From: Fibrobacterales bacterium
GTDB taxonomy: Bacteria; Fibrobacterota; Fibrobacteria; Fibrobacterales; JAOPTW01
Direction of reading: 5' to 3'
Assembly (NCBI GenBank): GCA_051532055.1
Contig: JAOPTX010000002.1
Location: 1-56,310, forward strand
DNA: 56,310 nt
Shown: positions 37,549 to 47,660 of the stretch, piece by piece
How the letters are laid out: every line of letters begins with the position of its first letter
Position numbering within the stretch: position 1 is the first letter of the stretch
Translations under genes and position numbers: made by a program
The notes under the pieces: model-generated
Databases searched by the model: none
The model's input: the letters and a program-made list of their open reading frames with translations, nothing else
Told to the model about the DNA's origin: nothing

Positions 37549-40080
37549 ATGAATAAAGAAATTGTATTAATTGTAGGCAACGGAATGGTGGGCCTTAAGT
37601 TTTGTGAAAAACTACGTGAGCTTGACACCAAAAACCGTTATCAAATCATCACCTTTAGTGAAGAGGGTTTTCCTGCATATGATCGCGTTCACCTTAGTGA
37701 ATATTTTAATGGCAAAACAGTTGATGACCTTATTATATCACCAGTTGAGTGGTACATTAAAAACAACATTGAGATCTATATAAATGAATCAGTAGTAAAG
37801 ATCGACAAAGAGTTTAAAACCGCACTTACTTCAACTGATAGAGTCTTTGAATATGATCACCTTGTAATGGCAACAGGAGCTGCAGCATACGTACCTCCTT
37901 TCCCCGGAAAAGACAAAAAAGGGGTCTATGTATATCGTAATATAGCTGACCTTGAAAACATTGAAGAGTTTGCAAAAAAGGCAAACTCTGCCGCGGTAAT
38001 AGGTGGTGGTCTTCTTGGGCTCGAAGCAGCAAAATCATTTAAAGATCTTGGAGTAACCACTCACATCATCAACAACGGAACAAAGATGATGCCCCGTCAA
38101 CTTGATGATGCAGGCGCAGCTCTTCTCAATACAAAAATTCGAAAACTAAAAATCAAAACTCACTTCGAACGACACACGGTCGCAATTGAGGGAAAAGAAC
38201 ATGTAGAAGCTCTCCGTTTCAAAGATAACTCCACGCTTCCTATTGACATCGTTTTGATATCCACAGGAATATACCCCCGAGATGAGCTTGCAAAAGAGTC
38301 TGGAATTGATACTGGTGAACGTGGTGGTATCATTATTAATGATCATCTTCAAACAAATGACCCAAATATCTATGCCATTGGTGATTGCGCACTCCATGAT
38401 GGTATTATGTATGGCCTGATTGCTCCTGGCTACAAAATGGCACAAGTTCTCGCTGAACGCCTCACTGGAACAGATTCCATATTTCAAACGATGGACTCCT
38501 CAACTCGGCTCAAACTTTTTGGAGTTGATGTATCATCCATTGGTGACCCACTTAAAAAAAGTCCTCGCTATAAAGAGGTCTCTATTATGAATGAGACCAC
38601 TGGTATCTATAAGAAAATCATAACCGATAAAATAACAAACACTCTTATTGGAGCAATTCTCGTTGGTGACAACAGTGACTATAACAAACTTTACCAATAT
38701 TATATTGAAAAAACTCCACTCCCCCCTGTTGCAGAATCACTACTCATACAAACAGGAGATACTGACAATTCCTTCGACCTTAAAGGACAAATTTGTAGTT
38801 GTGCAAATGTCACTTATGGCGATGTAGCGAAAGCAATTGAAGATGGCGCTGGAGATGCCAACGAAATCAAAAAAATTACAGGCGCCGGAAGTGGATGCGG
38901 AAGCTGTATGTCACTCGTAAAACAGTTTCATTCGGACTATATCGAACAAGCTGGCGGTTCCGTTGACAAATCAATTTGCGAACATTTTAGTTACTCTCGT
39001 ATTGAATTAGCACAAATACTTAGAACCACTGGTGCCCGTAGCTTTCACCATATTCTCAATTCACATGGTAATGGTGGTACTGGATGCGAAATATGCAAAC
39101 CTGCAGTCGCAAGTATATTGGCTTCCTATAAAAATGAACACATACTTCTAGAAGACCTTGCCGCACTTCAAGAAACCAATGATCGATACCTCGGAAATAT
39201 TCAAAAAAACGGTACATACTCAGTAGTCCCTCGGGTACCCGGTGGAGAGATACTCCCCGAACAACTTATTACGATTGGCCAAGTTGCTCAGGATTTCAAA
39301 CTCTATACCAAAATCACTGGCGGCCAACGAGTCGATCTTTTTGGTGCACGACTTGAAGACCTTCCGGTAATATGGGAAAAATTGATAGCTGTTGGACTCG
39401 AGTCAGGCCATGCCTATGCAAAATCACTCAGAACAGTTAAGTCGTGTGTTGGTTCCACCTGGTGCCGTTACGGCGTACAGGATTCAGTGAAAATGGCCAT
39501 CGACCTCGAAAACCGATACAAAGGCATTCGAACTCCGCACAAAGTAAAGATGGCAGTCTCTGGTTGCGCTCGTGAGTGTGCTGAAGCTCAAAGTAAGGAT
39601 GTTGGTGTCATTGCAACTGAGAACGGCTGGAACCTCTACCTCTGTGGAAATGGTGGAATGAAACCCGCACATGCTGTACTCTTCGCTGTCGATATTGATG
39701 ATGCAACCCTCGTGCAATATATTGACCGTTTCATGATGTATTACATTAGAACAGCGGATAAACTTACTCGAACCGCGGCATGGTTCGAAAGCCTCCCTGG
39801 CGGCCTTGAACACTTACAAGATGTTATCATGAAAGATTCCCTAAAAATCTGCACCGATCTCGACCGTGAAATAGCGTATCTTGTTGACACATTTCAATGT
39901 GAATGGACAACTGCTGTTACAACTCCTGAAATCAGAAAAACCTTTAGAAGCTTTATCAATAGTGATGCCAAAGATGAGACTATTCAATTTGTTGAGGTTC
40001 GTGGCCAAATTAAACCACTTCTCAAAGATGAAGAATCCTCTACGTCAGCATCTCCAGAACTACAGCTCATAAATATGTAA
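37549..40080 (+). CDS. nirB: NAD(P)H nitrite reductase large subunit
   Basis: GNGMVG, GGGLLGLEAA, CSC..CGSC, CEICKP, KSCVGSTWCR, SGCARECAEA; AAGGA before ATG at 37549. Confidence 0.95.
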   Translation: MNKEIVLIVGNGMVGLKFCEKLRELDTKNRYQIITFSEEGFPAYDRVHLSEYFNGKTVDDLIISPVEWYIKNNIEIYINESVVKIDKEFKTALTSTDRVFEYDHLVMATGAAAYVPPFPGKDKKGVYVYRNIADLENIEEFAKKANSAAVIGGGLLGLEAAKSFKDLGVTTHIINNGTKMMPRQLDDAGAALLNTKIRKLKIKTHFERHTVAIEGKEHVEALRFKDNSTLPIDIVLISTGIYPRDELAKESGIDTGERGGIIINDHLQTNDPNIYAIGDCALHDGIMYGLIAPGYKMAQVLAERLTGTDSIFQTMDSSTRLKLFGVDVSSIGDPLKKSPRYKEVSIMNETTGIYKKIITDKITNTLIGAILVGDNSDYNKLYQYYIEKTPLPPVAESLLIQTGDTDNSFDLKGQICSCANVTYGDVAKAIEDGAGDANEIKKITGAGSGCGSCMSLVKQFHSDYIEQAGGSVDKSICEHFSYSRIELAQILRTTGARSFHHILNSHGNGGTGCEICKPAVASILASYKNEHILLEDLAALQETNDRYLGNIQKNGTYSVVPRVPGGEILPEQLITIGQVAQDFKLYTKITGGQRVDLFGARLEDLPVIWEKLIAVGLESGHAYAKSLRTVKSCVGSTWCRYGVQDSVKMAIDLENRYKGIRTPHKVKMAVSGCARECAEAQSKDVGVIATENGWNLYLCGNGGMKPAHAVLFAVDIDDATLVQYIDRFMMYYIRTADKLTRTAAWFESLPGGLEHLQDVIMKDSLKICTDLDREIAYLVDTFQCEWTTAVTTPEIRKTFRSFINSDAKDETIQFVEVRGQIKPLLKDEESSTSASPELQLINM

Positions 40081-40142
40081 TGATCCAGCCAGCAGGGCCT
40101 CCTGAACATCCGTACAACTACTTTTCCGTGTAGGGGGTCTTG

Positions 40143-40946
40143 CTATTTTACTAAATGCTTCTTTTTTAATAATGTAAGAAATTCACCTGAGCGGTTAAGA
40201 TGTTCTATGATCTCAACAATTGATGAATAGTACTTTTTTGATTGAGCACTAAATACTGCACGCATATTATATTCATAATCTTTTTTATCGCATACTCTAA
40301 AACTGTTCTTATGCTCAGGGTACTCTCCTATAAACTTCTGTAACAACGATTGACTAATCACTGCAATATCACCACGCTGCAAAAGTAATTTTTTAATCAC
40401 CTCGTTAGGATTTCGAGAAAGGGACGCATTAAATCGTTTTTGCAAAATTTGTCTATCAGTAATATTTTCAGCAAATACATAATGATATCCAAAGGTCAAA
40501 AGCAATGACTTACCCTTAAGCGTTTTACAAAATGAGTTATTCTTTGTCTCACTGTGTAACGCAACAAAAAGATCCGCATCATTATACGGTATAGAGCCAA
40601 TATGAAACAAACTACTCGATAAAACATCGTAGCGAGCCCAGCCCCATTGTATATCTTCAAAAAGTATTAAGTCAATATTGCCATTAATAATATCACCATA
40701 CCGACGCTTCGCTGAAGTTTCCAAAAAAGTAAAGTGAAATTTACTTTGGCTCTTATTGAGTAACGCGATATAATCAAAGGTAAAACCAGTTTTGTAATCA
40801 GCCTCTATATAGGGAGGAAAAACATATCCACCAACCCTAATGGTATCCACCGGCAAACTATTACAATAGCCAACTATTACACAGCAGGCCATTACAACAA
40901 GTATATGTTTACATCTGAAGGGCATTGTTCTCAATAGCAAGATCAT
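40143..40946 (-). CDS. Periplasmic substrate-binding protein (family 3-like)
   Basis: VGGYVFPPY, KRRY..G.ID, GYHY, RGDIAV. Confidence 0.65.
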   Translation of the reverse strand: MILLLRTMPFRCKHILVVMACCVIVGYCNSLPVDTIRVGGYVFPPYIEADYKTGFTFDYIALLNKSQSKFHFTFLETSAKRRYGDIINGNIDLILFEDIQWGWARYDVLSSSLFHIGSIPYNDADLFVALHSETKNNSFCKTLKGKSLLLTFGYHYVFAENITDRQILQKRFNASLSRNPNEVIKKLLLQRGDIAVISQSLLQKFIGEYPEHKNSFRVCDKKDYEYNMRAVFSAQSKKYYSSIVEIIEHLNRSGEFLTLLKKKHLVK

Positions 40947-41112
40947 TACATTGAGTATACCAGATTTTTATCAAACAGCTTCACTTATCTTTCTTCAGCT
41001 ACCTATTCAATACATTTTTTTCCAATAATCACCATTAACTCAACACAAAAAGGGCCAGTATAAAAATACCGGCCCACAATAGTCTAAAAATTAGACTCAA
41101 GAATTAATAAGG

Positions 41113-42729
41113 TTATTCAAAAAAAAGCTTTTTTGCCCCTTCGAACATTGCTTCTATTTCATCTTCTTTACGGCACTCTGCATAAATACGAACTTTCGGC
41201 TCTGTTCCTGATGGACGAATAAGCATCCAAGAATCATCTTCAAAGATGATTTTAACGCCATCTAAAGTTACCAGTTGTTTAACCTTTTTATCTTCATCAC
41301 CAACAGTTACTGTTGAGCCAACAGGTGCTTTAGTTGCAACTGCATTTACCTGTGCAACAAGAGGTGCGCCTATAAGACTTTTATCAACGTCAAAACCAAA
41401 ACGCTCAGGATAAAAATAACCGTACTCTTCTTGTAGATCTTTAAGGTATTGTCCAAGGCTTTTACCAGTATTAGCCATCATCTCAAGAGCAATAAGAAGT
41501 CCAAACTGCGCATCTTTTTCAATAGTGTTGTTATAACCAGATATCCCATCAGACTCTTCAAAAGAGATAAGTGATTTTGGGTCAGCATCAACTTTATTAT
41601 AAGGACGAAAGTTTTTAAAACCAACTGCCGTTTCCTTGAGTTCAACACCAAGCTTCTCAGCTATAATGTTAACAAAATTTGAGGTTGCGACTGATTTAGC
41701 CACACACCCTTTAATGTTACGTATTGTAGCAAGGTAGTGAAAAGCCATTGCACCAAAACGGTTCATGTCAATCTCAATGGTACCATCATAAAAACGGATA
41801 CGGTCTCCATCAGGATCAAAAATAACTCCGAGCTTCAACTCAGTACCCTTACCAGCAAGAACTTCTTTTACCTCTGCAAGGTTTACAGAAGAAGGTTCGG
41901 GGGCAATACCACCAAACAGAACGTTGTCGTCAGTTTTTATAGTTGTCAAACAAGAAGGGTTATTAAGAATATATTCTGGACGTCCACGAGTAGAGCCATG
42001 TACATGGTCTGTAACCAATGCCAATTTTCCAGAATTTAAAAATGCTTCGATTGTTGTAAAATCAATAGTACCTTTTTTAATCAAGTACTCTTTATACACT
42101 TTTAAAATATCAAATGTTTCCCACGCAACATCACCAGGAAATTCAAACTGATGATCAGCCATCATTTCATTTGCATTTTCTGTAATAACTGAAGTAATTT
42201 CAGAACCTGCTGGGCCACCATCTGCTGGATTAAATTTAATGCCTGCATAGTCAGCAGGGTTATGAGATGGGGTCATGTTGATTGCACATGCCGCTTCAAG
42301 CATTTCAACAGCTGCTGAATACTCTGGTGTTGATGCCTCACCTGCAAAGCGTACTTTGACGCCTTCTTTTATAAATTCATTTGCTGCTATACGACAAAAG
42401 TCTTCACCAAGCATACGATTGTCATGCCCAATGATGAGTCCTCTTTTCTGGAGTTCTTCAAAACTGTTGATTCCAAGATGTCCCCAAAGAACTGCATCAG
42501 CTTCTTTATACATTTTGATAATTGCTTTAGCCACAACTTGTACATTACGAAGTGTAAATTCACTTCCAATCTCACCACGCCAGCCAGATGTTCCAAAATT
42601 TACTGTTGCTGGTTCGTTTGATTTCAGTGCCGCTGCCTGAATATCTTCAACAAGATTCCATTCTGTCTTTGGATCAAAATCCTTGCTCAGTACCTTTTTC
42701 CAGGTGTCTGTAATAGTCGCTGTGGTCAT
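41113..42729 (-). CDS. Phosphoglucomutase/phosphomannomutase family
   Basis: FGTSGWRG, TPSHNP, DPDGDR, VGFK, RPSGTEPK. Confidence 0.92.
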   Translation of the reverse strand: MTTATITDTWKKVLSKDFDPKTEWNLVEDIQAAALKSNEPATVNFGTSGWRGEIGSEFTLRNVQVVAKAIIKMYKEADAVLWGHLGINSFEELQKRGLIIGHDNRMLGEDFCRIAANEFIKEGVKVRFAGEASTPEYSAAVEMLEAACAINMTPSHNPADYAGIKFNPADGGPAGSEITSVITENANEMMADHQFEFPGDVAWETFDILKVYKEYLIKKGTIDFTTIEAFLNSGKLALVTDHVHGSTRGRPEYILNNPSCLTTIKTDDNVLFGGIAPEPSSVNLAEVKEVLAGKGTELKLGVIFDPDGDRIRFYDGTIEIDMNRFGAMAFHYLATIRNIKGCVAKSVATSNFVNIIAEKLGVELKETAVGFKNFRPYNKVDADPKSLISFEESDGISGYNNTIEKDAQFGLLIALEMMANTGKSLGQYLKDLQEEYGYFYPERFGFDVDKSLIGAPLVAQVNAVATKAPVGSTVTVGDEDKKVKQLVTLDGVKIIFEDDSWMLIRPSGTEPKVRIYAECRKEDEIEAMFEGAKKLFFE

Positions 42730-43031
42730 AGTTTTCTACCTATATAATGGGTTTTTGACATTTTGATTCAAATGTAGATTATTTGTTTCTCAATCACATT
42801 TCTTAATTCTAATGAAATCTAATTCACTTAACTTTTTACCTTTCATACTGAGCCACTCCATTATTTAGGCTATTTTTAGTCTACTGCCTCAATAAACCAG
42901 ATATTCTCACATATATATAACACCCAATAGTAGTGTCATTTAAGCTGATGCCCCCCCTTCCCCCATAATCAACTTTACATTATCCTTGGAAATTCTATCA
43001 TTATGCTCAACAGGTAAGAAAGGAACATACT

Positions 43032-43985
43032 ATGATTATTGAACACGCTCATCAACTCGAAGGTGTATTTACCGCACTATTTACTCCCCTTAAGAGTGAT
43101 GACCCAAAGCGTTTGAATAATTCTATTGACTTTGATAAAAGTAAAACGATGATCGATGACCTCATCAATGCTGGCATTACCGGTATTGTCCCATCAGGTA
43201 CAACCGGTCAATCAGCTACTCTTTCTAATGCACAACATTTGGAATTTATTCAATTTGTAGTCGAGCATGTCAATGGCCGTGTACCTATTATCGCGGGCGC
43301 TGGTTCTAATTGCACCCGTGAATCAGTAGAAATGATTAACAAAATTCAAACGATTTCACCTGTTCCTGTTCTCTGTGTCACTGGATATTATAACAACCCA
43401 ACACAAGATGGTGTAAAACTTCATTACGAAACTCTCGCTGCTGAAACAGATGCGAAAATTGTCATGTATAATGTCCCTTGCCGAACCTTAAGTTACATTG
43501 AACCCGAAACAGCTATTGCTCTTGCCGAAAATAGCAGTATCATTGGCATGAAACAAGCTGTTTCATTTCAGCCAGATGGCGAACATTATTCTGACACTCA
43601 AAAAGTAGCAGATGAAACAAAAGAGCTTGATTTTACCCTGATTAGCGGGGAAGATGATTCATTTTTTCACATGCTTTCAATTGGTGGCAAAAGTATCATA
43701 ACGGCTACGGGCAATATACCAGAAGCTGCACAAAAGTATCTTCAAATCAAAGAGCAATTTGAAGCAGGAGAGCCTGTCAAAGCACAAGAAACACAAGATT
43801 CACTCAGCTCTCTCGTACAAGCATGTTTTTGCCTCAAGAATCCTATCCCTCTTGGTACTCTTTTTAACAGCCCACTCTATCAACCTATGAGTTCGGTACG
43901 TGAAACGAGTAATGGAGAAGCCCTCTACAGATCACTAATGGATAGCATTAAAAAAGAAGCAGCTTCGCTTCTCAAATTCCACTAG
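43032..43985 (+). CDS. dapA: 4-hydroxy-tetrahydrodipicolinate synthase family
   Basis: GTTGQS, AGAGSNCT, YYN, MYNVP.RT, GMK Schiff-base Lys, SGED. Confidence 0.8.
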   Translation: MIIEHAHQLEGVFTALFTPLKSDDPKRLNNSIDFDKSKTMIDDLINAGITGIVPSGTTGQSATLSNAQHLEFIQFVVEHVNGRVPIIAGAGSNCTRESVEMINKIQTISPVPVLCVTGYYNNPTQDGVKLHYETLAAETDAKIVMYNVPCRTLSYIEPETAIALAENSSIIGMKQAVSFQPDGEHYSDTQKVADETKELDFTLISGEDDSFFHMLSIGGKSIITATGNIPEAAQKYLQIKEQFEAGEPVKAQETQDSLSSLVQACFCLKNPIPLGTLFNSPLYQPMSSVRETSNGEALYRSLMDSIKKEAASLLKFH

Positions 43986-44040
43986 TTCTTATTAAAACAT
44001 CGTTCCACTGATCTATACATTTCTATAAATGTATTTCGTA

Positions 44041-44070
44041 TTGGCATTTACCCTATCATTATGTTATATT
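44041..44070 (+). promoter_or_regulatory. Sigma70-like promoter with no downstream + strand CDS
   Basis: TTGGCA-N18-TATATT with TGn extension. Confidence 0.4.
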
Positions 44071-44076
44071 GAATCT

Positions 44077-44168
44077 ATGTTCTTGTGAACAACGACACCC
44101 ACCCGTTACCCAGAGATGGGTAACACCCATAAAAGAAAGCATCTGTTTGAATAAAACAGATGCTTTTT
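44077..44168 (+). ncRNA. Candidate ~90-nt sRNA
   Basis: Three hairpins (44078-91; 44105-24 with GAGA loop; 44136-66 terminator) downstream of a promoter-like sequence. Confidence 0.4.
44136..44168. terminator. Bidirectional terminator
   Basis: AAAGCATCTGTTT-gaata-AAACAGATGCTTT. Confidence 0.8.
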
Positions 44169-44170
44169 AG

Positions 44171-44512
44171 TTATTTAGATTTAACCATAAGTAAGCGTAA
44201 TGTCTCTCTTAGATACTCGACCGAACCACTTGCTTTTTCTATAAGCCCGCTATCCCCTGTCTCCACAATATCCCAGATAGGGGCTATTGATGCAAAAAGA
44301 AGCTGAGCTGGTTCCTGCTTAAGATTAAGAGAACTCTGCACTTGAGATAATATGTTTTGAATTTTTATTTGAGACTCAGCGTCTCCCTCTTTGAAGCTCT
44401 TCATTAAAACTATCGCCCGGTCGAGTAACTTCTCATATGATTTTAAGCTTCCAGCAGTCATAATATCACTTTTCCGATACTCTTCAATCACTTCTTGACG
44501 ACGATCACTCAT
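44171..44512 (-). CDS. FliS-like flagellin chaperone (divergent)
   Basis: Y.KSDIMTA..LLDRAI..SL pattern, directly downstream of flagellin. Confidence 0.55.
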   Translation of the reverse strand: MSDRRQEVIEEYRKSDIMTAGSLKSYEKLLDRAIVLMKSFKEGDAESQIKIQNILSQVQSSLNLKQEPAQLLFASIAPIWDIVETGDSGLIEKASGSVEYLRETLRLLMVKSK

Positions 44513-44526
44513 AGTATCGATTCACA

Positions 44527-45348
44527 CTATTGCAACAATCCCAACATATTGTTTCGGGATATTTCGTTAAAGTTTTTGGATGCAGCAATACCTGTTTGAC
44601 TTAAAAGCCCAGCTCGTGCATTCTCCATTGCTCCTTGTGCATAATCGAGGTCTTCAATCAACGATTGAGCCGCCGCAGTCTGTATCGCCTGGTTTTTAAG
44701 GTTATTATCTGTGTGCTCAAAGGTGTTGTAAGTTGCTCCAATATTTGCCCGCTGAGAATTCAAGCTTTTCATAGCATCGTCAGTTTGCGAAACAGCTGAT
44801 TGCGCACCTGCCGCAGTAGAAATATCTCCACCTGCCCCAATTCCATTTGCCGTAATATCAAACTCTTGAAAACTTCGTTGATCTCCAGCCTGCGCTCCCG
44901 CCTGAACGGTGCCTGAACCATCTGAAAGGGGCGTTCCACCGTCAGCAACTGATTGACCATTAAAATTTGACGACTCAGAAATACGAGTAATCTCTTCGTT
45001 AAGTGCTTGATACTCTGTATTGAGCGCTTTTCGATCATTATCCGTCAGAGTGCCATTTGATGCTTGCAATGCAAGCTCTCTTTGGCGCTGCACCATAGAT
45101 GATACTTCATTCGCTGTCCCATCCTGAATATTTAATACACTTTTCGCATCACCAATATTGACTGAGGCTTGTTTCATTCCTCGGACCATTTTTTCGAGTT
45201 CTTTGGCCATGGCCAAACCTGACGCATCATCAGAAGCACGATTTATACGTTTACCCGTAGATAGCTTTTCCTGAATCTTTGACCAGAAATCACTATTTCT
45301 ATTAATTTGACCTATTCTTTGGAGGCCACCAGCTTTATCAATCATCAT
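44527..45348 (-). CDS. fliC: Short flagellin with atypical N-terminus
   Basis: EKLSTGKRINRASDDASGL, QRQRELALQASNGT, RANIGA, IEDLDYA, LLQ end; GGAG before ATG at 45348. Confidence 0.85.
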   Translation of the reverse strand: MMIDKAGGLQRIGQINRNSDFWSKIQEKLSTGKRINRASDDASGLAMAKELEKMVRGMKQASVNIGDAKSVLNIQDGTANEVSSMVQRQRELALQASNGTLTDNDRKALNTEYQALNEEITRISESSNFNGQSVADGGTPLSDGSGTVQAGAQAGDQRSFQEFDITANGIGAGGDISTAAGAQSAVSQTDDAMKSLNSQRANIGATYNTFEHTDNNLKNQAIQTAAAQSLIEDLDYAQGAMENARAGLLSQTGIAASKNFNEISRNNMLGLLQ

Positions 45349-45392
45349 ACTATACTCTCCCATAGTTAATGATGCACTGCACCTTATTCTAT

Positions 45393-45419
45393 ATATCGAC
45401 CAAAATATTGATCACTTTA
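45393..45419 (-). promoter_or_regulatory. Sigma28 (FliA) promoter
   Basis: TAAA-N15-GTCGATAT upstream of flagellin. Confidence 0.75.
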
Positions 45420-45896
45420 ATGATTTTACACTTTTACTTGAAGTTTTGCCTTAAGATTAACCTTGGTGTGATAGTAATCACATCAAATAACACAAAGAAT
45501 GAAGGAAATTAAAGAGACGTCGTAGCGTGATTTTAAATCGATAAAGCTAATTGAGTTCAACAACATCAATTTCACAAACTACGACGTCTTAAAGCGGCAT
45601 ATTGTAATTTACTAATTTACAATTCTATTAGTATTACAAAATGCAATGTACAAAAAAAAGATTTTTGGGAACCTAAAACTTCTAAATAACTCTAAAATTT
45701 CTAAAACCTATTATTGAGAAATTTAGGCCGAGAATTCGTCACTAAAGACTAATCATTATTTTTTAAACTTCAATGTGGATTTTAAGAGCATTTTGAACGC
45801 CCCTTCATTTGTGTCATTATATTAAAGCCAATATAGACGGTGATAGTCGCGCAAGGAGTATCAATTTATTTGGAGCTGACATATATTAAACACGAT

Positions 45897-47006
45897 TTAA
45901 GCCTCAATATACTTCTTCCTATAAGTGCCACTACCCAGAAGAATATCAATAGCCAATTTTTCATATTCATATTCATATGCTTCTGTGCGCCAGATAAAAT
46001 CGTTGGGGTACTCTTTTACTAGATACTTTAATATTTCAATGGCTGTGTTAAAGGGCATAAATTGATCACGATCAGAAATATGAAACTGTGCACCGCCACA
46101 CATCTCCCCACTCCATTTATGGAAAGTAGGTTGAAAATAGGCTTCTCTAAAATGGACCCCTGGCAACTCTAATCCATTGAGGAATGTGCACATTTTGGGG
46201 GCGTCAATAAAAGGGGCACCAAAAAGCTCAAAGGGGCGAGTTGTCCCCCGCCCTTCAGAAACATTAGTAGCCTCAAACAAGCACATTCCAGGATATACAA
46301 TTGCTGTATCAAGAGTAGGCATATTCGGCGATGGTAACACCCAAGGAAGTCCTGTTTCATCAAACCACATTTCTTTAGAATAGTGTTCCATCTCAAGTAC
46401 TCGCAAGTCGCAATCAGGAAAGCACTCCTTTTTAAATTGTACGGCAAGTTCTCCGATGGTTTTACCATGACGAACTGGGATAGAGTGTAATCCAACAAAA
46501 GAGGTATGATCAAGCTCGAGTACAGGACCTTCAACATCTCTACAATTTATAGGATTGGGCCTATCACAAACTACAATTGTTTTTCCAAGACGCTCAGCTG
46601 CTTTCATACAAAGGTACAGAGTCCAAATAAAGGTATAATAACGGGTCCCTATATCCTGAAGGTCCACGAGAACTACATCAAGATTATCATACATTGCATC
46701 AGTAGGTTCCCTATGCTCACCATACAAACTATAGACGGGAATATTTAACGCTGAATCGATTCCCCCTTCCCATTCTATCATATTATCCTGAGTATGTCCC
46801 TTTATGCCATGCTGTGGCCCAAACAATGCCGAAATTTCAAATAATGAGCGGTTATGGGTTAAGAGTATATCGAGAGAATGAGCTAAATTTGAGCAAATTG
46901 ACGCAGGATGCAATACTGCCCCAATCTGTTTTCCGACTAAATCCAAAGGCCACAATTTTTCGAGATTTTCTACAGGTAAAACAACAGGTTTTTTATTACT
47001 TTGCAT
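45897..47006 (-). CDS. DUF1343 / NamZ exo-beta-N-acetylmuramidase-like protein
   Basis: LFGPQHG, YSLYG, DLQDIGTRYYT, DRPNP, PSPNMP, SEGRGTTRPFE. Start re-called at ATG 47006 to avoid overlap with ssb. Confidence 0.88.
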   Translation of the reverse strand: MQSNKKPVVLPVENLEKLWPLDLVGKQIGAVLHPASICSNLAHSLDILLTHNRSLFEISALFGPQHGIKGHTQDNMIEWEGGIDSALNIPVYSLYGEHREPTDAMYDNLDVVLVDLQDIGTRYYTFIWTLYLCMKAAERLGKTIVVCDRPNPINCRDVEGPVLELDHTSFVGLHSIPVRHGKTIGELAVQFKKECFPDCDLRVLEMEHYSKEMWFDETGLPWVLPSPNMPTLDTAIVYPGMCLFEATNVSEGRGTTRPFELFGAPFIDAPKMCTFLNGLELPGVHFREAYFQPTFHKWSGEMCGGAQFHISDRDQFMPFNTAIEILKYLVKEYPNDFIWRTEAYEYEYEKLAIDILLGSGTYRKKYIEA

Positions 47007-47076
47007 AAGGAAACAAGTTCTTGTTTTAGGACAATAGACAAAAGATAATATAAGATAAATCGTAGGAGCATATATA

Positions 47077-47520
47077 ATGGCTGCACTGAATAAAGTAATG
47101 TTGATTGGAAACCTTGGTAGAGACCCTGAAGTACGCATGGCTGGAGAGTCTAAAGTTGCCAACTTTTCAATAGCGGTAACCGAAAAATTTAAGGGCCGTG
47201 ATGGTCAACAGCAAGAAAAAACCGAATGGGTAAATATCGTATTCTGGGGCCGTCAGGCTGAAATATGCGAACAATATCTTCGTAAAGGTTCACCAATTTA
47301 TATTGAAGGTAAGTTAGAAACTCGTTCTTGGGATGACAAAACAACAGGTGAGAAAAAATTTCGCACTGAAGTTCGTGGCATTGTAATGCAAATGCTCGGG
47401 AGCAAAGGTGAAAGTTCTGGAGGCGGTTCATATGGAGCTCCTGCTGCTGCTGCACCTGCAGCGCCAATGGACAGTGGTTTTTCTGCTCCACCAGCACCAG
47501 AAGACGATCTGCCCTTCTAA
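47077..47520 (+). CDS. ssb: Single-stranded DNA-binding protein
   Basis: [32 protein letters not shown] tail. Confidence 0.97.
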   Translation: MAALNKVMLIGNLGRDPEVRMAGESKVANFSIAVTEKFKGRDGQQQEKTEWVNIVFWGRQAEICEQYLRKGSPIYIEGKLETRSWDDKTTGEKKFRTEVRGIVMQMLGSKGESSGGGSYGAPAAAAPAAPMDSGFSAPPAPEDDLPF

Positions 47521-47536
47521 ACAAAAGATTATTTAC

Positions 47537-47570
47537 AAAAGGCACTGTTTTCTAAACAGTGCCTTTTTTT
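47537..47570 (+). terminator. Intrinsic terminator after ssb
   Basis: AAAAGGCACTGTTT-tct-AAACAGTGCCTTTTTTT. Confidence 0.85.
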
Positions 47571-47660
47571 ATCTTTCCACTGCTACAACGACAAATTACT
47601 ACCAGCTCAAGTGGAATATTAATATCTTTTTCAGTACACTAACATCTTCCAGAGGTCCCT

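Noticed and set aside
47007..47162. N-terminal extension of the DUF1343 ORF
   Set aside because: Overlaps ssb on the opposite strand. The family-like sequence begins near ATG 47006.
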